From the IMG/VR virus record IMGVR_UViG_3300025751_001878, positions 1 through 31,599 of that record: 31,599 bases of DNA. One strand, given 5' to 3'. Both the position numbers and the translations under genes were made by a program. Positions 8,780-17,009 of this stretch are shown here, in pieces. Each line of letters opens with the position of its first letter. Positions within the stretch are counted from its first letter, which is position 1. The notes below the pieces were generated by a model. It was not told the DNA's origin, ran no database searches, and saw only the letters and a list, made by a program, of their open reading frames with translations. The DNA is from a virus. Taxonomy: Duplodnaviria; Caudoviricetes.

Positions 8780-9556
8780 TTAGAAGTTGAATGAAGCGCC
8801 TACACCAATTGTGTCGTCTTCTGCTTCTAGATCATATGCACCTTCTGCATATAATGTTAAGCCACCTGCTACTTCACGTGAGTAACCTAAGCCAATGTTT
8901 TCAGCCATATCATCTTCGTCACCGTTGATGAAACCTGTTATACCCATTGTGCTTAATGACAACTCATATGCCATGTGCTCGTCTGCATATGTAATAATTG
9001 TGTTTGCTGATGCTACACCTAAGTCTGCACCTAGTTCAGCTGCGTATGTGTTTACATCTGTTGTTTCGTTCATGTCTACAACACCTGTTACACTTAGACC
9101 AGCGCCTAATTCTGTGCCGTATGAAAACTGAATGTTTTCAATATCAGTTGCATCTGTTGACATATCTAGTACACCAATCATTACACTTGCTCCGCCCCAT
9201 GACGCCATTACGCTATCGTGGTCTGCTGGATCTGCTAGTGTGTCATCGCCTACTATTTCTAGTCCGCCACCTGGGAACAAGTCACCTTGATCACCAACTG
9301 ATACAGTTGCTCCGCCGACTTGTACACCTAAAGCATACTCGTCAACTACTAGTGTTGAACTGTCATTAATTTCTAAGCCAATGTTACCAAATGCAACACC
9401 AGTTCTTGCTAGACCTAGGCCTAGTGTAGTTGTGTTAACTACATCACCTGCTGCATTTTCAGTGACTTCCATTTTGATAGAACCGTTTAGATCCGCTGCT
9501 GACACTGCGCCAGCAAATGTAAATGCTGCTAATGCAGTCATAAATACGTTACGCAT
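8780..9556 (-). CDS. Outer-membrane beta-barrel, porin-like protein
   Basis: Signal peptide ending ..AVSA, alternating amphipathic beta-strands, very acidic, C-terminal BAM-type motif IGVGASFNF. Confidence 0.75.
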   Translation of the reverse strand: MRNVFMTALAAFTFAGAVSAADLNGSIKMEVTENAAGDVVNTTTLGLGLARTGVAFGNIGLEINDSSTLVVDEYALGVQVGGATVSVGDQGDLFPGGGLEIVGDDTLADPADHDSVMASWGGASVMIGVLDMSTDATDIENIQFSYGTELGAGLSVTGVVDMNETTDVNTYAAELGADLGVASANTIITYADEHMAYELSLSTMGITGFINGDEDDMAENIGLGYSREVAGGLTLYAEGAYDLEAEDDTIGVGASFNF

Positions 9557-9590
9557 AATATATTTCCTTTTTATTTGTTATGTGTATTAC

Positions 9591-9688
9591 GAAAGGACAA
9601 GCGTCGAACTTGTCCTTTCTACATTGTAATTATACAACCTATGTTTAGTATGAGCAACCAAATAGAGTAATAAATGCTGCAACTGCAT
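9591..9688 (-). promoter_or_regulatory. Porin control region: 5' stem-loop (9591-9619), promoter TTGCTC-N17-TATAAT (9629-9657), ATGC-N7-GCAT dyad (9674-9688)
   Basis: Perfect 11-bp stem GAAAGGACAAG/CTTGTCCTTTC just after the predicted start site; the dyad fits the LysR T-N11-A pattern. Confidence 0.6.
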
Positions 9689-9708
9689 AATAAAGTTACT
9701 TTATATGG

Positions 9709-9867
9709 CTATTTTGCAACACCTCTTTTAATCATAGGTTTGATTGCATCTTCTGCTTGTTTCCTAGTCCAATTAAATTTTTTCATTGCATCTTTATAGA
9801 GTTGTTCTTCTGTTTTAGCAGCTCTAATTAAACCAACTAAAAATTTATCTATTTCAATCCAATTCAT
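9709..9867 (-). CDS. 52-aa hypothetical protein (MNWIEIDKFLVGLIRAAKTEEQLYKDAMKKFNW...)
   Basis: Hand-translated, below the ORF-track cutoff; SD AAGGA. Confidence 0.6.
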   Translation of the reverse strand: MNWIEIDKFLVGLIRAAKTEEQLYKDAMKKFNWTRKQAEDAIKPMIKRGVAK

Positions 9868-9879
9868 ATTATTCCTTAG

Positions 9880-10165
9880 TTGGAGGCATTCTGTTGCCCG
9901 GGGCCTCCGTAACCGCGAACTGCCCTTAGGCTGCTTCTAAGACTCCGTCGAAGTCAAAAGAAAGTTCAGGTTTGAAATTGTCATTTGCAATTATCATTTT
10001 TCTTGCGTTACGTAGCTTGCGCACGATTAACTCCACTTCATTTTCACACCTGTCGATCCTATTTCTGCCCCATAAAAAACACACTTGTCTAAATGTGCTT
10101 ATGGTGGAGCAGTGCGGTACCGCCCCGCAGTCCAGTATGTGTCCACGTTGCTTCAACGCTAACAG
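9880..10165 (-). ncRNA. ssrA: Circularly permuted two-piece tmRNA (alphaproteobacterial type)
   Basis: Acceptor piece ends UGCGG-GGCGGUA-CCGCA-CUGCUCC-ACCA at 10102. A 30-nt intervening hairpin follows (10072-10101). The coding piece starts GGGGCAG at 10071 and gives a 7-bp acceptor stem with G3.U70. Tag frame 9988-9926 reads ANDNFKPELSFDFDGVLEAA*. Outer ends are approximate. Confidence 0.93.
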
Positions 10166-10166
10166 T

Positions 10167-10733
10167 TTATTTATACAGCCTTTTTTTGATGATGTCAACC
10201 ACTCTTTTAGATAGAACTACTTCATAATGATTACGATCAATATAATCATATTCAATATCGTTTCTACACATCATTGATTGTTTAGTAACTATGCCGTCAT
10301 TCTTTCCAGCAAGCCACGGAACATCACCTGTAGTTGTTACTATCTGCATCCAAGGTATTGTGATAGGTATAAGTCTACTGTATCGAATAAAGTCACTTGA
10401 AGGTTTAATATCTCTAAATAACTGATATGTAGGATTTAACATTGATCCCCATGTAGCAATCTCACTTCCATTAAACGGTGTTGCCAAACTTACAACACCG
10501 TTTATGTTAAAACGTTCTTGTAAATAAGTTGCATATACTCCGCCGAGGCTATGTGCTACAATAACATATGTATCTTTTTTATCTAGAGTGTTGCACATAT
10601 TCTCTAGATTTACAATAGCCTTATCTTCTTTTTCGTAGTTTAAAAAAATAGGGTTTTTTATTTTGATTTTTTGTTGTATGTAAGCAAAACTTCTTTCACT
10701 GGCAGTTGCGCCATGTATGAATATGGTCTTCAT
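10167..10733 (-). CDS. Alpha/beta-hydrolase (lipase/esterase-like)
   Basis: IFIHG, nucleophile elbow AHSLGG, SLATPFNGS, NDGIV, NHYEV. Confidence 0.85.
   Translation of the reverse strand: MKTIFIHGATASERSFAYIQQKIKIKNPIFLNYEKEDKAIVNLENMCNTLDKKDTYVIVAHSLGGVYATYLQERFNINGVVSLATPFNGSEIATWGSMLNPTYQLFRDIKPSSDFIRYSRLIPITIPWMQIVTTTGDVPWLAGKNDGIVTKQSMMCRNDIEYDYIDRNHYEVVLSKRVVDIIKKRLYK
10168..10198 (-). promoter_or_regulatory. Overlapping early (TTGACA-N17-TATAAA) and late (TATAAATA) promoters for the tmRNA
   Basis: TTGACA at 10198-10193; TATAAATA at 10175-10168. Confidence 0.7.
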
Positions 10734-10984
10734 ATCTGTTTCTTAAGAAGTTTTGTTTTTAAATCAAGACTTGATTTTATATCATCTGCTAGTTCTTTTG
10801 CTTCAGGATCACGCCACTTATCCATTACTCGTTTAGTAATGACTCTGTTAGTTGCTACACCACTTACGTTGCCTGCTGATACCTGCGCAGGGTTGTAGTG
10901 AGGAAATTCTGCATAGAATTCCCTAATCTTTTTACGCACTGCTTGCGTTTTTTGTACTATAGTCTCTGCTTCATAATCTTCCAT
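10730..10984 (-). CDS. Hypothetical protein
   Basis: 84-aa ORF with CATAAATA 5 nt upstream and an ATGA overlap with the hydrolase. Confidence 0.65.
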   Translation of the reverse strand: MEDYEAETIVQKTQAVRKKIREFYAEFPHYNPAQVSAGNVSGVATNRVITKRVMDKWRDPEAKELADDIKSSLDLKTKLLKKQI

Positions 10985-10992
10985 AAAGATAT

Positions 10993-11214
10993 TTATGTAT
11001 TATGATAAGCATTCCATGCTTTAATTCTGTCAGCCCTTGTATAACCTCTATCTAAGTGCCACGGATCGTTGTTTAGTTTAGCAGCTATATCCTCTGCTGC
11101 TTCTGGTGTACGACAGATTGTAACAACATCTCCACGCTTGCCGCCTGTCTTTACTTTCCAAATTGCTTCGCCTTTGACATTTTGATCTTCATATACTTTG
11201 TGATCATTATTCAT
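10993..11214 (-). CDS. Hypothetical protein
   Basis: 73-aa ORF in a tight gene array. Confidence 0.65.
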   Translation of the reverse strand: MNNDHKVYEDQNVKGEAIWKVKTGGKRGDVVTICRTPEAAEDIAAKLNNDPWHLDRGYTRADRIKAWNAYHNT

Positions 11215-11392
11215 TATTTTTGTCCTTGATTATTTTTGTTTTTCGCTTGTGATTCTTTTTAAATCTTTGCAATTTATTGTAAGCAACATGATTATGTTCA
11301 TGATGCTTCAATTGCGGCCATTCTTCAATTTTTTTGACAATAGAATCAAAGATTTCTTTGTGTCTATTGTCTGAAGGATTACTTTTGGACAT
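11207..11392 (-). CDS. Hypothetical basic protein
   Basis: 61-aa ORF overlapping both neighbours. Confidence 0.55.
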   Translation of the reverse strand: MSKSNPSDNRHKEIFDSIVKKIEEWPQLKHHEHNHVAYNKLQRFKKNHKRKTKIIKDKNNE

Positions 11393-11891
11393 TACGTTCC
11401 CATCTGTAAAACTTATGTCTACCGATAGTACCAGTAAGAGTAAAATGTCTTGCCCATCTAGGGTTCACATAATCTGCATGATAATGTGTAGCACCTTCTG
11501 TAATACCAGCAAAGTCTCCGAACACTGTCATATTAAACGCTAATGATTTAGCATTGTTCCAAGCATCTTGGTCAGTAGGCCAATCACTTTTTCCATCACA
11601 ATACCAAGAGAACTGGCATTTATTACGTATCATTGAGCCGTCTGCATGTTTTTTGCCTTGACGTACTACACCGCATATTGTGTTAGGATATCTGTGATCA
11701 GCAACTCTGTTTAGCACTACGTCTGCTACGGCTGCTTGGTCTGCTCTACTCGAGCCGCGAGTTTCATAGTAAATATTTTGTGCCAAACAATAAAGTTGTG
11801 GTCTTTGTTTTTCGTTAAAAAAAGTTTCGCCTGTTACTGTAGTTGCGCTGATTTGAGTTGCTGCTAAAATAGCAAGTACAAGTCGTTTCAT
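11379..11891 (-). CDS. Cell wall hydrolase, SleB/Hydrolase_2 family
   Basis: Signal-like N-terminus; CLAQNIYYETRG, AVADVVLNRV, YPNTICGVVRQ, CQFSWYCDG, GATHYHADYVNPRW, IGRHKFY. Confidence 0.92.
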   Translation of the reverse strand: MKRLVLAILAATQISATTVTGETFFNEKQRPQLYCLAQNIYYETRGSSRADQAAVADVVLNRVADHRYPNTICGVVRQGKKHADGSMIRNKCQFSWYCDGKSDWPTDQDAWNNAKSLAFNMTVFGDFAGITEGATHYHADYVNPRWARHFTLTGTIGRHKFYRWERNVQK

Positions 11892-11898
11892 TTCTACC

Positions 11899-12285
11899 TC
11901 ATTGAATTAGATTGTTATCGTTGTCTTCGTTGTCGTCTTCTTCATTATGCTTGAGATATTCGAATAAAGTTAAATCTAGTAATTCGTCTAAATCAAGGTC
12001 AGTTCGATCTTCTGATAAAGTTACTTCTTGTTGGCAGTCTAAGTCATCAAGTGTAAAATGTTCATCTTCATCTACACCTAACAATAAATTTAATTTGTCT
12101 TCGGTTAGCGTTTCGTTCCTATGTTTTGCTTCCCAAATAAATGCAACCACGAGGAGCGAGAGTAAACATTCTTCCTCCCACGCCTCGTGGTCGGCAGCAT
12201 ACGATAGCACATATTCACGGACACTGTCATAAGCAATAGTCCGATCAGCAATGCTTTTTAAGTATTCTACTGCATCTGTTGTCAT
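11899..12285 (-). CDS. Highly acidic hypothetical protein
   Basis: 128-aa D/E-rich ORF abutting the upstream gene. Confidence 0.7.
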   Translation of the reverse strand: MTTDAVEYLKSIADRTIAYDSVREYVLSYAADHEAWEEECLLSLLVVAFIWEAKHRNETLTEDKLNLLLGVDEDEHFTLDDLDCQQEVTLSEDRTDLDLDELLDLTLFEYLKHNEEDDNEDNDNNLIQ

Positions 12286-12471
12286 TTACATATTGTTCTT
12301 GCGTTCTTGGATTTCTTTGCGGCGTTCTTTTGTAAGTTTGCCAAGGTCACCAAGTGCTGAACGAGCACGAGTTGCTGCTGCTTTTACGTTCTTTGTTTCC
12401 CATGATTCATGTTCTTTTAAATATGCGTTAAAAGCTTGAACAATTTGTTCGTGTTGTGTTAAATCACCCAT
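12286..12471 (-). CDS. Small protein resembling the histone H1-like Hc1 family
   Basis: KNVKAAATRARSALGDLGKLTKERRKEI motif; strong SD AAGGAG; consensus promoter upstream. Confidence 0.65.
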   Translation of the reverse strand: MGDLTQHEQIVQAFNAYLKEHESWETKNVKAAATRARSALGDLGKLTKERRKEIQERKNNM

Positions 12472-12500
12472 AGCTATTCTCCTTCTATCGAGCTAGTTAT

Positions 12501-12529
12501 ATTATACGTTATAAAGTTAAGTTTGTCAA
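12501..12529 (-). promoter_or_regulatory. Consensus sigma70 early promoter
   Basis: Perfect TTGACA-N17-TATAAT. Confidence 0.85.
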
Positions 12530-12530
12530 C

Positions 12531-12818
12531 CTATAGTTTTAATCCTGATGTGCTTTCGACATATTGTTTTGCCATTTCACTCTCAGTTTTATGCACAAAT
12601 ACTATTGCACTTTTGTTTAATGCTAGTTTAGCATCTTGTGCAATAGTAAATGCGAAGGGCGCAAGGCCCATTCCTTGTTGTGATGCTATCAGTGCCAACG
12701 GCTTTGATACTGTCACTGTGTTATTATCTTCTTCAACAAAACGGGCAACAATTTCGTCGCCGCCCGTTGTTTTTAGTGTCACTGTATCGTTTACCTTATA
12801 AGGTGCTTCGATTATCAT
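12531..12818 (-). CDS. Conserved T4-like phage hypothetical protein (small beta-rich fold)
   Basis: VTLKTTGGDEIVARF...YVESTSGL; ATGA-coupled to glutaredoxin. Confidence 0.75.
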   Translation of the reverse strand: MIIEAPYKVNDTVTLKTTGGDEIVARFVEEDNNTVTVSKPLALIASQQGMGLAPFAFTIAQDAKLALNKSAIVFVHKTESEMAKQYVESTSGLKL

Positions 12819-13066
12819 AATGTGTATCCTGTTCCTGTATAGCCTGTGTTTTCGATATATTGTACAAATTGTTCGTAGCCGCCAACTTTATTGCCACTTA
12901 CTACAATTTGTGGAAACGTTCTTGCTTCTGGAAATTCTGCAAGCACTGCTTCTCGTGTAAAGTCTTTACCTAGTTCTAAATATTCAAACTGGTAATTGTA
13001 TTTTTCGCATAACATTTTTGCTTTTGTGCATGATGGACATGCTGGTTTACCCCAAATTTGTATCAT
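12815..13066 (-). CDS. grx: Glutaredoxin (NrdC-like)
   Basis: CPSC active site, RTFPQI, VGGY. Confidence 0.92.
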   Translation of the reverse strand: MIQIWGKPACPSCTKAKMLCEKYNYQFEYLELGKDFTREAVLAEFPEARTFPQIVVSGNKVGGYEQFVQYIENTGYTGTGYTL

Positions 13067-14211
13067 AATGAAAATCCTTTAAATGTGTCGTTCGACACAT
13101 CCTGTTTCGTGCCGCCGATTACATAACTAGTTATCTCTGTTTCTTGAGGAGCAACCTGTACATCAGCACCTGAAATCCATTTTTGTGTCCACGGCAACGG
13201 ATTAGATTGTGGCACTTTGTATGGTGATTTTAAGTTTACATTTGACATTCTACGGGCACAAATCCATTCAATATAATCACTTAATAGTTCTGTGTTTAGT
13301 CCAATCATTGAACCATCTTTAAACAAATAGTCAGCCCATGCTTTTTCTTGATCAACAGCATCAACAAACATTTGAATACATTCTTGTTCTGTTTCTTCTG
13401 CAATCTTTGCAAAGTCTGGATCATCTGTTTTAAGAATCTTTAGTAGCATCTGTGTAGATGCAAGATGTAAGTTTTCATCGCGGGCAATTAATTTAATAAT
13501 CTTAGCATTACCTTCCATCTTCTTTAGTTCGGCAAATGCCCAACTACATGCAAAGCTTACATAGAAGCGAACACCTTCTAAGATGTTTACGCTCATTAGT
13601 GTAAGCCATAGCAATTTCTTTAGCTCGTACAAGTTTACGGTTACATTACGTGCTTCTCGATTGCTTGTAACTTGATGTGTACCTTCACCTAACAAGTTGT
13701 ACCACATGCTCATCTCAATCAAGTTATCGTAATACTTTGAAATATCACCTGCGCAATCAACAATCTCTTGTATGTCCATTAACTCATCAAATACTTTGCT
13801 TGGATTGCTGTAAACATTACGAATAATATGTGTGTACGAACGGCTATGAATAGTCTCTGAGAATGTCCATGTTTGAATCCAGTTCTCAATCTCTGGTAAG
13901 CTCACAATAGGAGCAAATGCTTCTACTGGTGCTCTGCCTTGTACTGAGTCTAGCAAGATCTGACGCTTTAGATTTGCTGTAAAGATATGACGCTCGTGTT
14001 CTGTCAAACTCTTAAAGTCTTTTGCATCTTTATAGATATCAATCTCTTCTGGACGCCAGAAGAACCCTAACTGCTTATCAGTTAGACTATCAAAAGTTTT
14101 ATACTTTAGTGTGTCATAACGCTGGATTGTTGGACCACCTGTTGGATCCAAGAATGCCGTAACTTGTGTATGATCGGCACGGTTGCTAGTGTCAAATACG
14201 CTCATGTTCAT
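13063..14211 (-). CDS. nrdB: Ribonucleotide reductase class Ia beta subunit (start may be 14205)
   Basis: FFWRPEE, LLDSVQG, FSETIHSRSY, LEGVRFYVSF, ARDENLH, VAPQETEITSY. Confidence 0.97.
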   Translation of the reverse strand: MNMSVFDTSNRADHTQVTAFLDPTGGPTIQRYDTLKYKTFDSLTDKQLGFFWRPEEIDIYKDAKDFKSLTEHERHIFTANLKRQILLDSVQGRAPVEAFAPIVSLPEIENWIQTWTFSETIHSRSYTHIIRNVYSNPSKVFDELMDIQEIVDCAGDISKYYDNLIEMSMWYNLLGEGTHQVTSNREARNVTVNLYELKKLLWLTLMSVNILEGVRFYVSFACSWAFAELKKMEGNAKIIKLIARDENLHLASTQMLLKILKTDDPDFAKIAEETEQECIQMFVDAVDQEKAWADYLFKDGSMIGLNTELLSDYIEWICARRMSNVNLKSPYKVPQSNPLPWTQKWISGADVQVAPQETEITSYVIGGTKQDVSNDTFKGFSL

Positions 14212-14230
14212 CCTTCTCTATGTGTATGTA

Positions 14231-14259
14231 AGTATAACAGTATTATATCTATTTGTCAA
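14231..14259 (-). promoter_or_regulatory. sigma70-like promoter for nrdB
   Basis: TTGACA-N17-TATACT. Confidence 0.75.
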
Positions 14260-16557
14260 TTAAATTGTGCAGCCTTCGCAATCTTCTTCGTCAACTTCAC
14301 TAGGTGCAAGTTCTTGCTCCATAAGTTTGTTCACATCAAGTTCGCCTTGTCCGTCAAATGTATTGAAATAGTACAGTTGCTTACCACCGTATTTATAAAA
14401 CATAAGTAGATGCTGTAGCATAGTACTAAGTGGAATCTTTTCGTCTCCGTAGTGTACTGGATTGTAACTTGTGTTTACACTGATACCTTGATCGATATAC
14501 TTTTGTAACACTGCCATAATCTTTAAGTAACCTTCTGGTGACTCTTGATCCCATAGTAGATCATACTTGTTTTTAAGACGCTTATACTCTGGTACAACCT
14601 GTTTAAGTACACCGTGCTTTGACTGCTTCACACTAATTAAACTGCGTGGAGGCTCAATGCCATTTGTTGCATTAGCAATCTGTGCTGATGTCTCACTTGG
14701 CATTAGTGCCATTAGTGTTGAGTTACGGATGCCTGTTGCTTTTAGTTGCTCACGTAGTCCTTTCCAATCCATACGTTCTACATGTGGAACTAGTTCGTCA
14801 ACATCTTTCTTGTATGTTTGGTTAGGTGTAATACCATGTCCGTATTTTGTTTCCATGTTGCCGCTCGGAGCGCCAAATTCTGCTGCTAGGTCTGCACTTG
14901 CTTTAATTAGGTAGTAACTCCATGCTTCGGCATATTCGTCTATCATCTCTAATCCTGCTGTGTCAATATTCTGATAGTTCATATCATGCTTTGCTAACCA
15001 GTATGCAAAATTAATAATGCCAACGCCTAAAGGACGGCGCTTCTCTGTAGATAACTGCGCTGCTAGAATAGGATAGTTTTGATAGCTCAGCAGTGCATCA
15101 AGTCCACGCACTGCTAGACGACACACCTTTTCAAAATCACCTGGATCTTTGATGTTGCCCCAGTTAATTGCGCTAAGTGTACATAGACTAATTTCACCTT
15201 CTGGGTCGTTTAAATCGTTAAGTGGCTTTGTAGGTAAGTCAATTTCTGCACACAAGTTTGACTGACGAATGGGTGCAACCTCAGGAAGGAATGAACCATG
15301 CTCGTTTGCATTGTCTACGTTCTGTAAATAAATGCGGCCTGTGTTCTTACGCTCTTCCATAAATGAACTAAACAAGTCAATTGCTTTTACTACTTTTTTG
15401 CGTATTTTTGTATTACGTTCTGCTGTTTCATACAGTTGTCTAAACAAATCTTGATCAGCAAAGAAACTATCATACAATCCTGGTACATCGCTAGGCGAGA
15501 AAAGAGTTATATCACCGCCCTGTATAAGTCTTTCATACATTAATTTGTTAAACTGCACACCGTAGTCCATATGACGTACACGGTTGTCTTCTGTGCCTTT
15601 GTTGTTTTTTAGCACTAACATTTCTTCTGCTTCTAAGTGCCATACTGGATAATAAATAGTTGCTGCGCCGCCACGTACACCACCTTGGCTACATGATTTA
15701 ACTGCTGCTTGGAACATCTTATAAAAAGGAATAATGCCTGTATGATAAGCATCGCCTTTGCGTATTTGAGAACCAATTGCACGGATGTTTCCGCCGCCGA
15801 TACCAATGCCTGCCTTCTGGCTTACATAGTTGACAATAGATGCACTAGTTGCGTTGATACTAGCCAAACTATCGTCAGACTCAATAAGAACGCAAGAACT
15901 GAACTGACGCTGAGGCGTACGAACGCCGGCCATAACGGGCGTAGGTAGGCTAATATCGTGTAAACTAATAGCGTCATAATATTCTTTGACCCATCGTAGT
16001 CTCTCCTCTTTTGGATAATTTTTAAATAATGTTGCTGCAATAAGAACATAACACATCTGAGGTGTTTCAAATATTTCACCGCTAACTCTATTCTGACAAA
16101 GGTACTTGCCTCTTAGTTGCTCCATTGCTACATAAGTTAAATCAGTATCACGATCATGTTTTATAAAGTTATTAATCTTATGCCACTCGTCGTTGTCGTA
16201 GTCGTCAAGTAGTTCTGTATCATAGAAACCGTTGTTAATATTTTTTTCAACTAATTCACGTACTGTGCAAGGGTCATAAGATCCGTACACTTCTTTACGC
16301 AATGCATAATTGATAAGTCTGCCACCAACATACTGGTAGTTAGGAGTTTCTTCCGAAATAAGATCAGCTGCTGCTTTAATTAGAGTTTCTTGAATCTCTT
16401 TTGTTGTCATACCGTTAAAAAATTGAATTTGACTTTTTAATTCTACTTCGCTAGGGCTAACTCCTGTAATATTATCACAGGCATAAAAAACAACTTTATG
16501 TAGTTTTTCAATATCTAATGGCTCACGGCGTCCATCTCTTTTCGTTACTTGAATCAT
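14260..16557 (-). CDS. nrdA: Ribonucleotide reductase class Ia alpha subunit with ATP cone
   Basis: Start MIQVTKRDG with an SD upstream; FSSCVLI, SCSQGGVRGG, QSNLCAEI, MPSETS, C-terminal CEGC. No intein or intron evident. Confidence 0.97.
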   Translation of the reverse strand: MIQVTKRDGRREPLDIEKLHKVVFYACDNITGVSPSEVELKSQIQFFNGMTTKEIQETLIKAAADLISEETPNYQYVGGRLINYALRKEVYGSYDPCTVRELVEKNINNGFYDTELLDDYDNDEWHKINNFIKHDRDTDLTYVAMEQLRGKYLCQNRVSGEIFETPQMCYVLIAATLFKNYPKEERLRWVKEYYDAISLHDISLPTPVMAGVRTPQRQFSSCVLIESDDSLASINATSASIVNYVSQKAGIGIGGGNIRAIGSQIRKGDAYHTGIIPFYKMFQAAVKSCSQGGVRGGAATIYYPVWHLEAEEMLVLKNNKGTEDNRVRHMDYGVQFNKLMYERLIQGGDITLFSPSDVPGLYDSFFADQDLFRQLYETAERNTKIRKKVVKAIDLFSSFMEERKNTGRIYLQNVDNANEHGSFLPEVAPIRQSNLCAEIDLPTKPLNDLNDPEGEISLCTLSAINWGNIKDPGDFEKVCRLAVRGLDALLSYQNYPILAAQLSTEKRRPLGVGIINFAYWLAKHDMNYQNIDTAGLEMIDEYAEAWSYYLIKASADLAAEFGAPSGNMETKYGHGITPNQTYKKDVDELVPHVERMDWKGLREQLKATGIRNSTLMALMPSETSAQIANATNGIEPPRSLISVKQSKHGVLKQVVPEYKRLKNKYDLLWDQESPEGYLKIMAVLQKYIDQGISVNTSYNPVHYGDEKIPLSTMLQHLLMFYKYGGKQLYYFNTFDGQGELDVNKLMEQELAPSEVDEEDCEGCTI

Positions 16558-16582
16558 CCTCGGTTCCTTGTTAAAAATATAC

Positions 16583-17008
16583 TTAGTGAATTTGGGGCAT
16601 TTCATGACGCATAACGAACTCCAGCCCTAGTGGTAGTTCTGTTGCCGGTATTACTTCATCATAGTTGTATCCTATACATTGATTGTCAACAAAAAGTAAA
16701 AAATATGTTCTAGACTGTTTGTTGTCGTGTACTATGTTTATCTCAAATTTAACCCCTATAAACCGATCACATAACTGTAAGGTGTAGCATATTGCAAGTA
16801 TTTTCACATACTCACAATAAATATTTTCTTTTAATATTTCCCAAGGCGTTGGCCAATTATCTGGATCATACGGATCAGTTGTAAGATTAACAATTGGAGC
16901 CTGACTATAGAACTTTACTGTATCCTCAAGAGGATTTTCTGCTGTTTCTAAATAGGTACGGAAGTCTCGCCAAAGAAATAGGCGTTCATCGTATGAGTTG
17001 TTAAACAT
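16583..17008 (-). CDS. Hypothetical protein
   Basis: 141-aa ORF (WPTPWEIL..N.YC) directly after the tail-spike-like gene. Confidence 0.7.
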   Translation of the reverse strand: MFNNSYDERLFLWRDFRTYLETAENPLEDTVKFYSQAPIVNLTTDPYDPDNWPTPWEILKENIYCEYVKILAICYTLQLCDRFIGVKFEINIVHDNKQSRTYFLLFVDNQCIGYNYDEVIPATELPLGLEFVMRHEMPQIH

Positions 17009-17009
17009 T

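Noticed and set aside
10102-10130. Stand-alone tRNA
   Set aside because: Only a T-arm and 3' acceptor strand are present; the 5' strand lies downstream, as expected for a permuted tmRNA.
9926-10198. 90-aa ORF as a protein gene
   Set aside because: It runs through the tmRNA; only the last 20 codons are the tag frame, and its 'start' is the TTG of the -35 box.
13063-16557. Introns, inteins or homing endonucleases in nrdA/nrdB
   Set aside because: Both are continuous and of normal length.
16558-16605. Longer ORF-track starts (nrdA 16605, 28456, 28838, 29029)
   Set aside because: Downstream ATGs have clear SDs and match the expected N-termini; the extensions overlap promoters, leaders or other genes.
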